The position numbers and the translations under genes were made by a program. The notes below the pieces were generated by a model. The model was not told the origin of the DNA, searched no databases, and was given only the letters and a program-made list of their open reading frames with translations. Positions 46,880 through 57,651 of a stretch of 64,000 nucleotides of DNA are shown piece by piece. The first letter of the stretch is position 1. Each line of letters opens with the position of its first letter. Origin of the DNA: an uncultured Alphaproteobacteria bacterium. Lineage in GTDB: Bacteria; Pseudomonadota; Alphaproteobacteria; HIMB59; GCA-002718135. The DNA lies in assembly GCA_902620285.1 (NCBI GenBank), contig CACNHT010000004.1, forward strand, positions 2,651 to 66,650. Direction: 5' to 3'.

Positions 46880-48918
46880 TGCCAAAGATAACAATTGACA
46901 ATAAAGAATACGAATTTGAAAACGGCATGACCGTAATGCAAGCTTGTGAACAAGCAGGAACTGAAATTCCAAGATTTTGTTATCATGAAAAACTCTCAAT
47001 AGCAGGAAACTGTAGAATGTGTTTAGTAGAAATGGAAAAAGCTCCAAAACCTATTGCATCATGTGCCATGCCAGCTTCAGATGGAATGGTTATAAAAACT
47101 AATACCGAAACAGTTAAAAAAGCTCGTAAAGGCGTAATGGAGTTCCTTCTTATTAATCATCCATTGGATTGTCCTATTTGTGATCAAGGAGGAGAATGCG
47201 ATCTTCAAGATCAAGCTATGTATTATGGTTTTGACAAAACAAGATATGAAGAAAATAAAAGAGCAGTTCAAAATAAAAATATGGGACCACTTGTCAAAAC
47301 AATTATGACAAGATGTATACATTGCACAAGATGCGTAAGGTTTTCTACAGAAGTTGCAGGAGTTGATGATATAGGATTGCTAGGTAGAGGTGAAAATGCT
47401 GAGATCACGACATATTTAGAAAAAACTATTGAGTCAGAATTATCTGGAAACGTAATTGATTTGTGTCCTGTAGGTGCATTAACAAGTAAACCATACGCGT
47501 TTAAATCTAGACCATGGGAACTTACTAAGACAGAAACATTTGATGTATTTGATGGTATAGGATCAAGTATAAGAATTGATACAAGAGGAAAAAAAGTTTT
47601 AAGAGCTCTTCCTAGAATAAATGAAGAAACTAATGAAGAATGGATAAGTGATAAATCTAGATTTGCAGTTGATGGACTCTCAAGTCAAAGATTGGATAAT
47701 GTATATTCTAAATCAAATAAAAAACTCCAAAAATCTTCATGGGATGATGCATTTGAATTAGTAAAAAAAGAAATTACAAAAAGAGGAAAAGAAAATACGG
47801 TGTTCCTATCTGGTAAGTTTACCGATGTTGAAACTTTATATTCTTCACAAAAATTTAGTAATTCACTAAAATCAAAAAACTATGATTGCAGATTTGATAA
47901 TGCACAAATTATCGATAATTCATCTTCAAGTTATAAATTTAATTCAACAATTCAAGAAATTGAAAAGGCTGATGCTATTCTTTTAATCGGATCAAACCCT
48001 AGATGGGAAGCGGCGGTACTAAACGCTAGAATTAGAAAGGCATATATTGAAAATAACTGCAAAATTGGTCTTATAGGTCCTAAATTAGATCTTACTTACG
48101 ATTATCATCATTTATCTGATTCTTTAGATTACCTTAATAAATTATCTAATAATAAATCTGAATTCAATCAAGTTTTAAAATCTGCAAAAAACCCAATTAT
48201 AATATTAGGTACTTCAGCAATAAATAATGATCATGGAAAAAAAATATTAGAAACTGCAGGATTAATTGCGAAAAAAATTCAAAAAAATAAAAATACTAAT
48301 CCATTAAATATTCTTAACCAAGATATTTCTAGAGTAGGAGCATTAGATTTGAAATTTTATAATAAAAAATTTGATAATGATTACAATAAACAATTAAAAA
48401 AACATATTGATAAAACAAAGCCTGTAGTTTTCTTAATGGGGTTAGACGAGATAAATTTTTCAACATTTGAAAATGCTTTTGTTGTTTATCTTGGTCATCA
48501 TGGAGATGTTTCAGCATCTATAGCTGATATAATTTTACCAACCCCTGCATATACTGAGAAAAGTTCTACTTATATGAATATAGAAGGTAGAGTTATTCAA
48601 ACAACTAAGTGTCATAATCCAATAGGTGAAGCAAAAGAGGAGTGGAAAATTTTTAGAGTTTTAAGTGACTTATTTGAAAAAAATTTAAATTTTAATAATC
48701 TTGGAGAGCTTCGAAATGAGCTTACAAGTACCTATGGTCAATTTGCTCTCTTAAATGAAGTTAATTCTATTGGCGAAATAACTTTTGCTAAAAATAATAA
48801 AATTGAGAATATTAAAATTAAATATAACATTGAAAATTTTTATATGAATGATTCTATTTCTAGATCTTCTGAAACAATGGCGAAATGCACTAAAGATATT
48901 TTAAATAAGGCAGCATAA
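46879..48918 (+). CDS. nuoG: NADH-quinone oxidoreductase subunit G
   Basis: 679 aa, GTG start. CYHEKLSIAGNCRMCLVE, HPLDCPICDQGGECDLQD and CIHCTRCVRF. Confidence 0.95.
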   Translation: MPKITIDNKEYEFENGMTVMQACEQAGTEIPRFCYHEKLSIAGNCRMCLVEMEKAPKPIASCAMPASDGMVIKTNTETVKKARKGVMEFLLINHPLDCPICDQGGECDLQDQAMYYGFDKTRYEENKRAVQNKNMGPLVKTIMTRCIHCTRCVRFSTEVAGVDDIGLLGRGENAEITTYLEKTIESELSGNVIDLCPVGALTSKPYAFKSRPWELTKTETFDVFDGIGSSIRIDTRGKKVLRALPRINEETNEEWISDKSRFAVDGLSSQRLDNVYSKSNKKLQKSSWDDAFELVKKEITKRGKENTVFLSGKFTDVETLYSSQKFSNSLKSKNYDCRFDNAQIIDNSSSSYKFNSTIQEIEKADAILLIGSNPRWEAAVLNARIRKAYIENNCKIGLIGPKLDLTYDYHHLSDSLDYLNKLSNNKSEFNQVLKSAKNPIIILGTSAINNDHGKKILETAGLIAKKIQKNKNTNPLNILNQDISRVGALDLKFYNKKFDNDYNKQLKKHIDKTKPVVFLMGLDEINFSTFENAFVVYLGHHGDVSASIADIILPTPAYTEKSSTYMNIEGRVIQTTKCHNPIGEAKEEWKIFRVLSDLFEKNLNFNNLGELRNELTSTYGQFALLNEVNSIGEITFAKNNKIENIKIKYNIENFYMNDSISRSSETMAKCTKDILNKAA

Positions 48919-48925
48919 TAATTAG

Positions 48926-49927
48926 ATGACTTATGATATATTAATTACAGGGTTAATAATCATTGCCCAAATACTTGCTGTTGTTGTGCCAGTTTTAATA
49001 TCTGTAGCTTTTTTAGTTTATGCTGAAAGAAAAGTTTTAGCATTAATTCAATTAAGAAGAGGTCCAAATATAGTAGGGCCTTTTGGTATATTACAAAGCT
49101 TTGCTGATGCATTAAAACTTATTACTAAAGAAAATATTATACCTAGTGGATCAAATAAAATTGTTTTTATTTTAGCACCCATAATAACAATGGTACTTAG
49201 CTTAGCAGGTTGGGCAGTAATACCTTTTGCTCCAGGATGGGTAGTCTCTGATATTAACGTAGGTATCATGTATCTGTTTGCAGTATCATCTCTTGGAGTA
49301 TACGGAATAATAATGGCTGGATGGGCTAGTAACTCTCAATATCCTTTTCTAGGAGCATTAAGATCAGCTGCTCAAATGGTTTCATATGAAGTATCTATTG
49401 GATTTGTAATAATTACAGTATTATTATGTGTAGGTTCTTTAAATTTATCAAAGATAGTTTTAGCTCAGCAGACTGTATGGTTTGCAATTCCATTATTACC
49501 TATGTTCATTATTTTTTTTATTTCTGCGTTAGCTGAAACAAATAGATTACCTTTTGATCTTCCTGAAGATGAATCAACACTTGTTGCAGGATTTTTTACT
49601 GAATATTCATCTGCTTCATTTGTATTATTTTTTTTAGGTGAATACGCGAGTATGATTTTAATGTCTTCTATGACTGTCATTCTTTTTTTAGGCGGATGGC
49701 TTCCTCCATTTGATGTATACCCATTAAATGTTGTTCCTGGAGTAATCTGGTTTACTGTGAAAGTAATATTTATATTATTTTTATTTATTTGGGTTAGAGG
49801 AACTTTCCCAAGATATAGATATGATCAGTTAATGAGACTTGGATGGAAAGTTTTTCTACCGTTTTCTTTGTTTTGGGTTGTGGCAACTTCTGGTTTTTTA
49901 GTATATTTTGACATGCTGCCAAATTAA
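48926..49927 (+). CDS. nuoH: NADH-quinone oxidoreductase subunit H
   Basis: 333 aa, ND1-like. [16 protein letters not shown] and [20 protein letters not shown]. Confidence 0.96.
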   Translation: MTYDILITGLIIIAQILAVVVPVLISVAFLVYAERKVLALIQLRRGPNIVGPFGILQSFADALKLITKENIIPSGSNKIVFILAPIITMVLSLAGWAVIPFAPGWVVSDINVGIMYLFAVSSLGVYGIIMAGWASNSQYPFLGALRSAAQMVSYEVSIGFVIITVLLCVGSLNLSKIVLAQQTVWFAIPLLPMFIIFFISALAETNRLPFDLPEDESTLVAGFFTEYSSASFVLFFLGEYASMILMSSMTVILFLGGWLPPFDVYPLNVVPGVIWFTVKVIFILFLFIWVRGTFPRYRYDQLMRLGWKVFLPFSLFWVVATSGFLVYFDMLPN

Positions 49928-49928
49928 T

Positions 49929-50408
49929 ATGTATAAATTAATTAAATCTTTTGCTTTATTTGAATTACTTCAAGGACTATTTTTAACTTTCAAATACATA
50001 TTTAAGTCTAAAGTTACAATAAATTATCCTCACGAAAAAGGTCCATTAAGCCCACGTTTTAGAGGCGAGCATGCTTTGAGAAGATATCCCAGTGGGGAAG
50101 AGAGATGTATCGCATGTAAACTTTGTGAAGCAGTATGTCCTGCTCAGGCAATTACAATTGAAGCAGAGCCAAGAGAGGATGGAAGCAGAAGAACAACAAG
50201 ATATGATATAGATATGACTAAATGTATTTATTGTGGTTTATGTCAAGAATCTTGCCCAGTTGATGCGATAGTAGAAGGACCAAATTTTGAATTTGCCACT
50301 GAAACAAGAGAAGAATTAATTTATAATAAAGATAAACTTTTAGAAAATGGAGATAGATGGGAGCAAGAAATTGCTCAAAATATTCATCTCGATAGAAAAT
50401 ATAGATAG
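49929..50408 (+). CDS. nuoI: NADH-quinone oxidoreductase subunit I
   Basis: The ORF opens at 49908. ATG 49929 (2 nt after the nuoH stop) gives MYKLIKSF... Two 4Fe-4S motifs: [12 protein letters not shown] and [12 protein letters not shown]. Confidence 0.95.
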   Translation: MYKLIKSFALFELLQGLFLTFKYIFKSKVTINYPHEKGPLSPRFRGEHALRRYPSGEERCIACKLCEAVCPAQAITIEAEPREDGSRRTTRYDIDMTKCIYCGLCQESCPVDAIVEGPNFEFATETREELIYNKDKLLENGDRWEQEIAQNIHLDRKYR

Positions 50409-50409
50409 A

Positions 50410-51021
50410 ATGGTTCTTTATTCATTAACATTTTATCTTTTTTCATCTGTTGCAGTTCTTTCTGCTCTAATGGTTATAAGTGCAAAAAATCCAGTTCATT
50501 CAGTTTTGTTCTTAATTTTAAGCTTTGTTAATGCATCAGGACTCTTTGTTTTATTAGGTGCTGAATTTTTGGCAATGATCCTTGTCGTTGTATATGTTGG
50601 AGCTGTTGCCGTCCTTTTTCTATTTGTTGTAATGATGCTTGATATAAATTTTGTAAAGTTGAGAGAAGGCTTTTTGCAATACTTACCTTTTGGAGCATTA
50701 TTAGGGATAGTTCTAGTAATTGAACTTGGAATACTTTTTTTAACAGATAGATCGTCTAATATTTATAACAATCAAACACCACTGCAACCTATAGTTAATG
50801 AAGTAGAAAATACAAAAATGATTGGGCAAATACTCTACACTGAATATTTTTATTTATTTCAAATATGTGGGATAATTTTATTAGTCGCAATGATTGGCTC
50901 TATTACACTTACATTAAGAGATAAGGGTGGTGTTAAAAGGCAAAATATAGATTCTCAAAATACAGTTGATGCATCAACAGCTATAGAAAAGAAAAAAGTA
51001 AAAATAGGCGAAGGAATTTAA
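50410..51021 (+). CDS. nuoJ: NADH-quinone oxidoreductase subunit J
   Basis: The ORF opens at 50347 inside nuoI. ATG 50410 (2 nt after the nuoI stop) gives MVLYSLTFYLF... ND6-like, with the motif NPVHSVLFLIL. Confidence 0.9.
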   Translation: MVLYSLTFYLFSSVAVLSALMVISAKNPVHSVLFLILSFVNASGLFVLLGAEFLAMILVVVYVGAVAVLFLFVVMMLDINFVKLREGFLQYLPFGALLGIVLVIELGILFLTDRSSNIYNNQTPLQPIVNEVENTKMIGQILYTEYFYLFQICGIILLVAMIGSITLTLRDKGGVKRQNIDSQNTVDASTAIEKKKVKIGEGI

Positions 51022-51024
51022 TTA

Positions 51025-51330
51025 ATGATTACACTTGAACACTATCTTTTTCTCGGTGCAATTATTTTTACCTTAGGTGTTTTAGGAATATTTTTAAATA
51101 AGAAAAATTTAATTATAATTTTAATGTCTATAGAACTCATCTTGTTGTCGGTAAATATTAATTTTATTGCTTTCTCAGCGTATATTAATGATATTTCAGG
51201 GCAAATCTTCGCAATGCTTACACTTACTGTTGCAGCCGCTGAAGCAGCAATTGGACTCGCCATACTTGTAGTATTTTTTAGAAATTTAGGATCAATAGAA
51301 GTAAATAAAATTAATCAGCTTAAGGGATAG
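51025..51330 (+). CDS. nuoK: NADH-quinone oxidoreductase subunit K
   Basis: 101 aa, 3 TM segments, ND4L-like ([19 protein letters not shown]). Confidence 0.95.
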   Translation: MITLEHYLFLGAIIFTLGVLGIFLNKKNLIIILMSIELILLSVNINFIAFSAYINDISGQIFAMLTLTVAAAEAAIGLAILVVFFRNLGSIEVNKINQLKG

Positions 51331-51333
51331 TAG

Positions 51334-53241
51334 ATGGCAACCTCAATTATATTTTTACCTCTACTTGGTTTTCTTTTTTGTTTTTTACTCGGTAAACAGT
51401 TTAACTATAAGGTTTATCAAATATCAACAACGTCAATCCTTTTTCTTTGTACTTTATTTTCTTGGATAATATTCATTCAGTTTATTAATAATAAGGAAAC
51501 TGAAATAATTTTTATTCTTAACTGGATCACTTCTGGAAACTTTATTGTTGATTGGTCAATTAGATTAGACACTTTAACTGCTGTGATGTTCATTGTGGTT
51601 ACAACTGTTTCTGCTTGTGTTCATTTATATTCAATAGGCTATATGGAAGAAGATCCATCAAAAATAAGATTTATGAGTTATCTAAGCTTATTTACTTTTT
51701 TTATGCTTGTTCTTGTATCAAGTAATAACTTGTTGCAAATGTTCTTTGGTTGGGAAGGTGTTGGGCTAGCCTCATATTTATTAATTGGTTTTTGGCACCA
51801 TAAAGATTCAGCAAATAAAGCTGCTATAAAAGCATTTGTTGTAAACAGAGTTGGAGATTTTGGATACGCAATTGGAATTGCGGGAATTTTTTATATTTTT
51901 GGCACGATAAGTTTCGACAGTATATTTTCACAAGTAGATCAATTTAGTGAGCATCAAATGCAATTCCTTTCTTTCAGTTTTCCAACTTTAGATTTTTTAT
52001 GTTTTCTTTTATTCATAGGTGCAATGGGTAAATCTGCCCAATTAGGTTTACACACCTGGTTGCCAGATGCTATGGAGGGGCCTACTCCTGTATCTGCACT
52101 AATACATGCTGCAACAATGGTAACTGCTGGTGTATTTTTAGTTGCAAGAATGAGTCCTCTTTATGAATTTGCGACATTTACTAATTTATTCATTACTTTT
52201 ATTGGTGCGGCCACAGCTATTTTTGCTGCCTCTATAGCCTTAACGCAAAATGATATTAAACGAGTCATTGCATATTCAACATGCAGTCAATTAGGATATA
52301 TGTTTTTTGCAGCAGGTGTCGGCGCTTATAATGCATCAATATTTCACTTAACAACTCATGCCTTTTTTAAAGCTCTTCTATTTCTTTCCGCAGGTTCTGT
52401 AATTCATGCAATGCATCATGAACAGGATATGAGAAAAATGGGGGGACTTTATAAAAAAATACCTTTTACTGCTACAATGATGTGGATTGGATCTCTTGCA
52501 ATTATTGGTTTCCCATATCTATCTGGTTACTATTCAAAAGAAAGTATTTTAGAAAATGCTTTCTATGCTTCAAATGGAATAGCATACTTTGCATATTTAG
52601 TAGGTATTTTAACTGCTTTACTTACTGCTTTTTATTCATGGAGATTATTATTCCTAACATTTCATGGTGAAAATAGATCAAATAGTAAAACATATGATCA
52701 CGCCCATGAATCACCTTTAGTGATGACAGTTCCATTATTTATTCTTGCAACTGGTTCTATTTTTTCTGGAATATTCTTTGCTGATTATTTTATTGGATAT
52801 TATAAAAAAGAATTTTGGGATAATGCAATATTACTAACAGAAAGTTCTCATAAATATCTTCCTCTTACGCAATCACTAATATCAAAATCGGCTGTTGCAA
52901 TTGGAATCCTTGTCTGTGTGTTGATATATTCAAATAATTTAAACAGAGCAAAAAATCTTTCCTATAACTTAGATCCTTTATATTCTCTTTCAAAAAATAA
53001 ATGGTATGTGGATGAGCTATATCATAAAGTATTTGTTTTAACTTTTTTCAAATTGGCAAACTTTTTCTGGAAAAAAGGAGATGAAAAAACTATTGATGGT
53101 TTAGGACCAAATGGGGTCTCCTGGATTATTTCAAAATCTTCATCTTATGTAAGTTTGTTTCAATCAGGGTATTTGTTTCATTATGCTTTTGCTATGCTTG
53201 GAGGTTTAGTAATAATTTTAACATGGTTTTTATATTACTAA
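51334..53241 (+). CDS. nuoL: NADH-quinone oxidoreductase subunit L
   Basis: 635 aa, ND5-like antiporter subunit (GWEGVGLASYLLIGFW, GKSAQLGLHTWLPDAMEGPTPVSALIHAATMV). Confidence 0.96.
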   Translation: MATSIIFLPLLGFLFCFLLGKQFNYKVYQISTTSILFLCTLFSWIIFIQFINNKETEIIFILNWITSGNFIVDWSIRLDTLTAVMFIVVTTVSACVHLYSIGYMEEDPSKIRFMSYLSLFTFFMLVLVSSNNLLQMFFGWEGVGLASYLLIGFWHHKDSANKAAIKAFVVNRVGDFGYAIGIAGIFYIFGTISFDSIFSQVDQFSEHQMQFLSFSFPTLDFLCFLLFIGAMGKSAQLGLHTWLPDAMEGPTPVSALIHAATMVTAGVFLVARMSPLYEFATFTNLFITFIGAATAIFAASIALTQNDIKRVIAYSTCSQLGYMFFAAGVGAYNASIFHLTTHAFFKALLFLSAGSVIHAMHHEQDMRKMGGLYKKIPFTATMMWIGSLAIIGFPYLSGYYSKESILENAFYASNGIAYFAYLVGILTALLTAFYSWRLLFLTFHGENRSNSKTYDHAHESPLVMTVPLFILATGSIFSGIFFADYFIGYYKKEFWDNAILLTESSHKYLPLTQSLISKSAVAIGILVCVLIYSNNLNRAKNLSYNLDPLYSLSKNKWYVDELYHKVFVLTFFKLANFFWKKGDEKTIDGLGPNGVSWIISKSSSYVSLFQSGYLFHYAFAMLGGLVIILTWFLYY

Positions 53242-54726
53242 ATGATTGATTGGCCATTAGTATCAGTAATAATTTTTTTACCTTTAATTGGTGCCTTAAT
53301 TATTCTTTTTATTAAAGAAGATGAACTAACATCAATTAATATTAAATGGGCTGCTTTACTAGCAACATTAGGAACATTTATTTTAAGTTTAATACTCTGG
53401 TTACAATTTGATTATTCCAATCCGTCTTATCAATATGAAGAAAAATTTAGATGGTTTGATGATTTTAATTTCTTCTACCATGTTGGAGTTGACGGTATCT
53501 CACTTTTTATGATTTTACTAAGTACATTTTTGACCCCACTTTGTATTTTAGCTAGTTGGAATAATATAAAAAAAAGAGTCAAGGAATACATGCTTTCTTT
53601 TTTATTTTTAGAGACTGTAATGATTGGAATGTTTACTTCTATAGACATACTTTTATTTTATATTTTTTTTGAAGCTGTATTAATACCAATGTATCTAATC
53701 ATAGGTATATGGGGAGGTAATAGAAGAATCTATGCTTCTTTTAAATTCTTTCTCTACACTCTTTTGGGGTCAGTACTCATGTTGATTGCTATTATTGTGA
53801 TGTACAGAAATACAAGTTCAATGAGTATTGAATTCTTACAAGGTAACTATTTTTCCTATAATACTCAGTTGTTTCTATGGCTCGCCTTTTTTGCTTCCTT
53901 TGCAGTTAAAATTCCTATGTGGCCGTTTCATACATGGTTGCCCGATGCCCATGTTGAAGCTCCAACAGCTGGATCTGTTATTTTGGCAGGAGTACTTTTA
54001 AAAATGGGTGGATATGGTTTTATCCGTTTCTCTTTAGGCATGCTTCCAGAAGCAACAGAGTTTTTTATTCCTTTAATTATGACATTAAGTATAGTTGCCA
54101 TAGTATACACTTCCTTAGTAGCACTAGCACAAACTGATATTAAAAAACTAATTGCATATTCATCTGTTGCTCATATGGGAATTGTAACAATTGGAATTTT
54201 CTTAGTGAATCAACAAGGCTTAGAAGGAGCAATGATGCAAATGATTAGTCATGGACTAGTTTCAGCAGCTTTATTTTTATGTGTTGGTGTTATTTATGAT
54301 CGAATGCATACTAGAGAAATTGAATTTTACGGAGGATTAGTTCAAAGAATGCCACTTTATGCAACAGTATTCATGATTTTTATGCTGGGATCAGTTGGAT
54401 TGCCTGGAACTAGTGGTTTTATTGGAGAATTTTTAGTCATTGTTGGCGCATTTAAATTTTCAAGTTACGTCGTTATTGGCGCGGCTTTTGGAATAATATT
54501 ATCCGCTGTTTACATGCTATACCTTTATAAAAGAATTATTTTTGGCACCATAACTAATAATAAACTTGCAGATATTTTAGATATAAACACAAGAGAGAAA
54601 ATCATATTAATTCCTTTAGCGATTTCAGTAATATTACTAGGTATATTTCCAAATCTATTTTTAGATCCTATGAGATTATCACTTGAAATGATTATAACAA
54701 ACTATGAAATAGCCAATGCTAAATAA
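53242..54726 (+). CDS. nuoM: NADH-quinone oxidoreductase subunit M
   Basis: 494 aa, ND4-like (FAVKIPMWPFHTWLPDAHVEAPTAGSVILAGVLLKMGGYG). Confidence 0.96.
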   Translation: MIDWPLVSVIIFLPLIGALIILFIKEDELTSINIKWAALLATLGTFILSLILWLQFDYSNPSYQYEEKFRWFDDFNFFYHVGVDGISLFMILLSTFLTPLCILASWNNIKKRVKEYMLSFLFLETVMIGMFTSIDILLFYIFFEAVLIPMYLIIGIWGGNRRIYASFKFFLYTLLGSVLMLIAIIVMYRNTSSMSIEFLQGNYFSYNTQLFLWLAFFASFAVKIPMWPFHTWLPDAHVEAPTAGSVILAGVLLKMGGYGFIRFSLGMLPEATEFFIPLIMTLSIVAIVYTSLVALAQTDIKKLIAYSSVAHMGIVTIGIFLVNQQGLEGAMMQMISHGLVSAALFLCVGVIYDRMHTREIEFYGGLVQRMPLYATVFMIFMLGSVGLPGTSGFIGEFLVIVGAFKFSSYVVIGAAFGIILSAVYMLYLYKRIIFGTITNNKLADILDINTREKIILIPLAISVILLGIFPNLFLDPMRLSLEMIITNYEIANAK

Positions 54727-56152
54727 TATTTACAATATTTTTTTTATACCCGAAATTTTTTTAGCATGCTCTTCTTTTATTTGCTTACTTTTTGGGCTTT
54801 TTTTAAAAAAGAATGCATTTAGACAAACTTCCAATCTAGCAGTTTTCGTTTTATTATTAACCATTTTGCTTGTTTACTATGATAGTGAATCAAATTTTGC
54901 AAATTATAAAAGTTTATTTAGTCACTCTTCTTTTATAAATTTTTTTAAAATTTTAGCTCTATTAGGATCTATAGCTAGTATCATCATTTCTAAAGATTAT
55001 TTCTTAGGCATTAAGCTTAAAAACTTTGAAATTCCTGTTTTATTTTTATTTTCTACACTTGGGATGATGTTAATGATTGCTTCAAATAATCTTATGTCCA
55101 TGTATCTAGCAATAGAACTTCAAAGTTTATCTCTATACGTTGCTGCAGCAATAAAAAGAGATTCAATCTCATCAGCTGAGTCAGGAGTAAAATACTTTAT
55201 TTTAGGAGCATTATCGTCTGGTATACTTTTATACGGCTTCTCCTTAATTTATGGATTTACTGGTTCAATCAATTTTAATGAAATAAGTTTCTATTTATCA
55301 AAATATGATAATTTAAATTTAGGTCTAATATTTGGGCTTGTATTTGTGATGGTAGGTTTGGCTTTTAAGGTTTCAGCCGTACCTTTCCATATGTGGACTC
55401 CTGATGTTTATGAAGGGGCTCCAAACTCAATTACAGGTTTTTTTGCTATTGTCCCTAAAATTGCTGCAGTAGCTTTAATTTATCGTTTTTGCTTAGTTCC
55501 ATTTGAAAATTTTTACTTAGAATGGAGTCAAATAATTTTATTTTTATCAATAGCCTCAATGTTTCTTGGAGCTATAGCGGCTATAGCACAGTCAAATATC
55601 AAAAGATTATTAGCTTATAGTTCTATTGGACATATAGGTTATATCTTAATAGCTTTAGTTGCCGCAAATGATGATGGAATTAAAGCAGCATCAATTTATA
55701 TGTTTTCATACATGATAATGAATGTTGCTATTTTTGCTATTTTACTTTCGTTAAAAGTTAAAAATGAATATTTAATTAATATAAGTGATTTAAAAGGGTT
55801 AAGTAAAAGTAATCCAATCGTTAGTCTTTCTATTTCAATAATAATGCTATCTATGGCTGGCATCCCACCCTTTATAGGATTTTTTGGAAAGTTTTATGTT
55901 TTCATTGCTGCAATTGAACAAGAATTATATGTGCTTTCAGTTCTTGGCGTCCTAGCTAGTGTTATTTCTGCTTTTTATTATTTAAGAATTATAAAGATAA
56001 TGTATTTTGATGAAAGTATAAGTGAAGGAATAATTAATTTTCAAATTTCTTTTCAATCAAAAATTATTCTGTCCTTAAGTTTATTTGTAATTATTTGTTT
56101 TATATTTTACCCATCTTTATTGATTAATATATCAGCAAGTTTGACCATTTGA
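54716..56152 (+). CDS. nuoN: NADH-quinone oxidoreductase subunit N
   Basis: 478 aa, ND2-like (FKVSAVPFHMWTPDVYEGAP). Confidence 0.95.
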   Translation: MLNNIYNIFFIPEIFLACSSFICLLFGLFLKKNAFRQTSNLAVFVLLLTILLVYYDSESNFANYKSLFSHSSFINFFKILALLGSIASIIISKDYFLGIKLKNFEIPVLFLFSTLGMMLMIASNNLMSMYLAIELQSLSLYVAAAIKRDSISSAESGVKYFILGALSSGILLYGFSLIYGFTGSINFNEISFYLSKYDNLNLGLIFGLVFVMVGLAFKVSAVPFHMWTPDVYEGAPNSITGFFAIVPKIAAVALIYRFCLVPFENFYLEWSQIILFLSIASMFLGAIAAIAQSNIKRLLAYSSIGHIGYILIALVAANDDGIKAASIYMFSYMIMNVAIFAILLSLKVKNEYLINISDLKGLSKSNPIVSLSISIIMLSMAGIPPFIGFFGKFYVFIAAIEQELYVLSVLGVLASVISAFYYLRIIKIMYFDESISEGIINFQISFQSKIILSLSLFVIICFIFYPSLLINISASLTI

Positions 56153-56155
56153 TTA

Positions 56156-56890
56156 ATGTCATTAGATAAAATTAAAAATCTATTAGATAAAAACAATTTT
56201 GATTTTCATTTTATTGAATCTGTAGACTCTACAATGTCAGAGGTTAAAAAACTTATTGATAATAGAGATATATGTTTGATGGCAAATGAACAAAAAAAAG
56301 GATTTGGAAGACGGGGAACAACTTGGGAAAGTCCAAAAAATAATGTCTATATTTCTATTTTATCTAAAAATATATTGCCAATAGAAAATCATTTTTTAAA
56401 TAATGCTTTTATTACTAATATGATCTGTTCTGTGATTGAAAATATTTGTAATGTTAAAACTCAAATTAAATGGCCAAATGATATTTTAATTAATAAAGAA
56501 AAAATTTCTGGAATAATTTCTGAAATATTTAGTATCAAAAGTGATAAATATATCAATACTGGTTTTGGAGTTAATATAGTATCTTCTCCAAAAATTGAAA
56601 ATTATCCAACAACTAATATTAATAAATACAATAAAGAAATTAACAATTTTTATTTTGTATATGAAATTATGGAAGAGTATTTTAAAAATTTTAAACAACT
56701 GCTAAATAACCACGAAAAAATTATGACTGAATATAAAAGTAGATTATTATATTTAGGAGGCAACATTAATTTAAAAATTGATGAACAAAATGTAAAACAA
56801 GGAATATTTCATAATCTTAACCCAGATGGTTCAATCACTTTAAAAAATAATATTAATTTTGAAAATATATATAATGCTAGAATAATTTAA
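56156..56890 (+). CDS. birA: Biotin--[acetyl-CoA-carboxylase] ligase (group I, no N-terminal HTH)
   Basis: 244 aa. GFGRRGTTWESP (GRGRxGRxW-type), KWPNDI and ISGIISE. Confidence 0.85.
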   Translation: MSLDKIKNLLDKNNFDFHFIESVDSTMSEVKKLIDNRDICLMANEQKKGFGRRGTTWESPKNNVYISILSKNILPIENHFLNNAFITNMICSVIENICNVKTQIKWPNDILINKEKISGIISEIFSIKSDKYINTGFGVNIVSSPKIENYPTTNINKYNKEINNFYFVYEIMEEYFKNFKQLLNNHEKIMTEYKSRLLYLGGNINLKIDEQNVKQGIFHNLNPDGSITLKNNINFENIYNARII

Positions 56891-57651
56891 TGATTGTTAT
56901 AGATGTAGGTAATACGAATATAGTTATAGGTTTTTATACAAAAAATAAATTAATTAAAATTATTAGATTAAAAACAGATAAAAAAATCAATTTTACAAAA
57001 AAAGAAATTAATAAATTTTTTAAATCTAACAAAAAATTGATTAATAATCTTAAAGATAGATTTTGTATCTTGTCCTCTGTTGTACCTTCTTTAAATTTAA
57101 TTTTAAAAAATATTTTTCAAAAAAATAAATTCAAATTTTATGTAATTAATCCCAAAAAAATATCATTTAGAAATAGTATCAATTATAATTTAAATCAAAT
57201 TGGGAGTGATCGAATAGCAAACTATGCCTATGTATATAGTAAGAAAATCAAAGACTGTATAATTCTCGACTTTGGTACAGCTACTACTTTCGATGTCATT
57301 AAAAATAATCAATATTTAGGTGGATTAATTTTTCCAGGTATAAATCTTTCAATTGAGACACTTTTAAAAAATGCTGAGTTAATAAAAACTTCAAAAATCT
57401 CAAAATCAAATAAAATTGTTAATAATAATACATCTGCTTCTATTCAATCAGGTTTCTATTTTGGTTATTTGCATGCAGTTAATGGCATATTAAAGCAAAT
57501 AATTAAGGAGAACAACTTTAAGCCCAAAGTCTATATTACGGGTGGTCTAGGTAAAATATTTAGGGATAAAATTATTTATAAACCTATATATATGGAACAT
57601 TTGACATTAGAAGGAATAAAAGAAATCGGTAACAAACATTTTTATGAGTAA
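56890..57651 (+). CDS. coaX: Type III pantothenate kinase
   Basis: 253 aa. VIDVGNTN, GSDRIAN, DFGTATTFD and TGGL. Confidence 0.9.
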   Translation: MIVIDVGNTNIVIGFYTKNKLIKIIRLKTDKKINFTKKEINKFFKSNKKLINNLKDRFCILSSVVPSLNLILKNIFQKNKFKFYVINPKKISFRNSINYNLNQIGSDRIANYAYVYSKKIKDCIILDFGTATTFDVIKNNQYLGGLIFPGINLSIETLLKNAELIKTSKISKSNKIVNNNTSASIQSGFYFGYLHAVNGILKQIIKENNFKPKVYITGGLGKIFRDKIIYKPIYMEHLTLEGIKEIGNKHFYE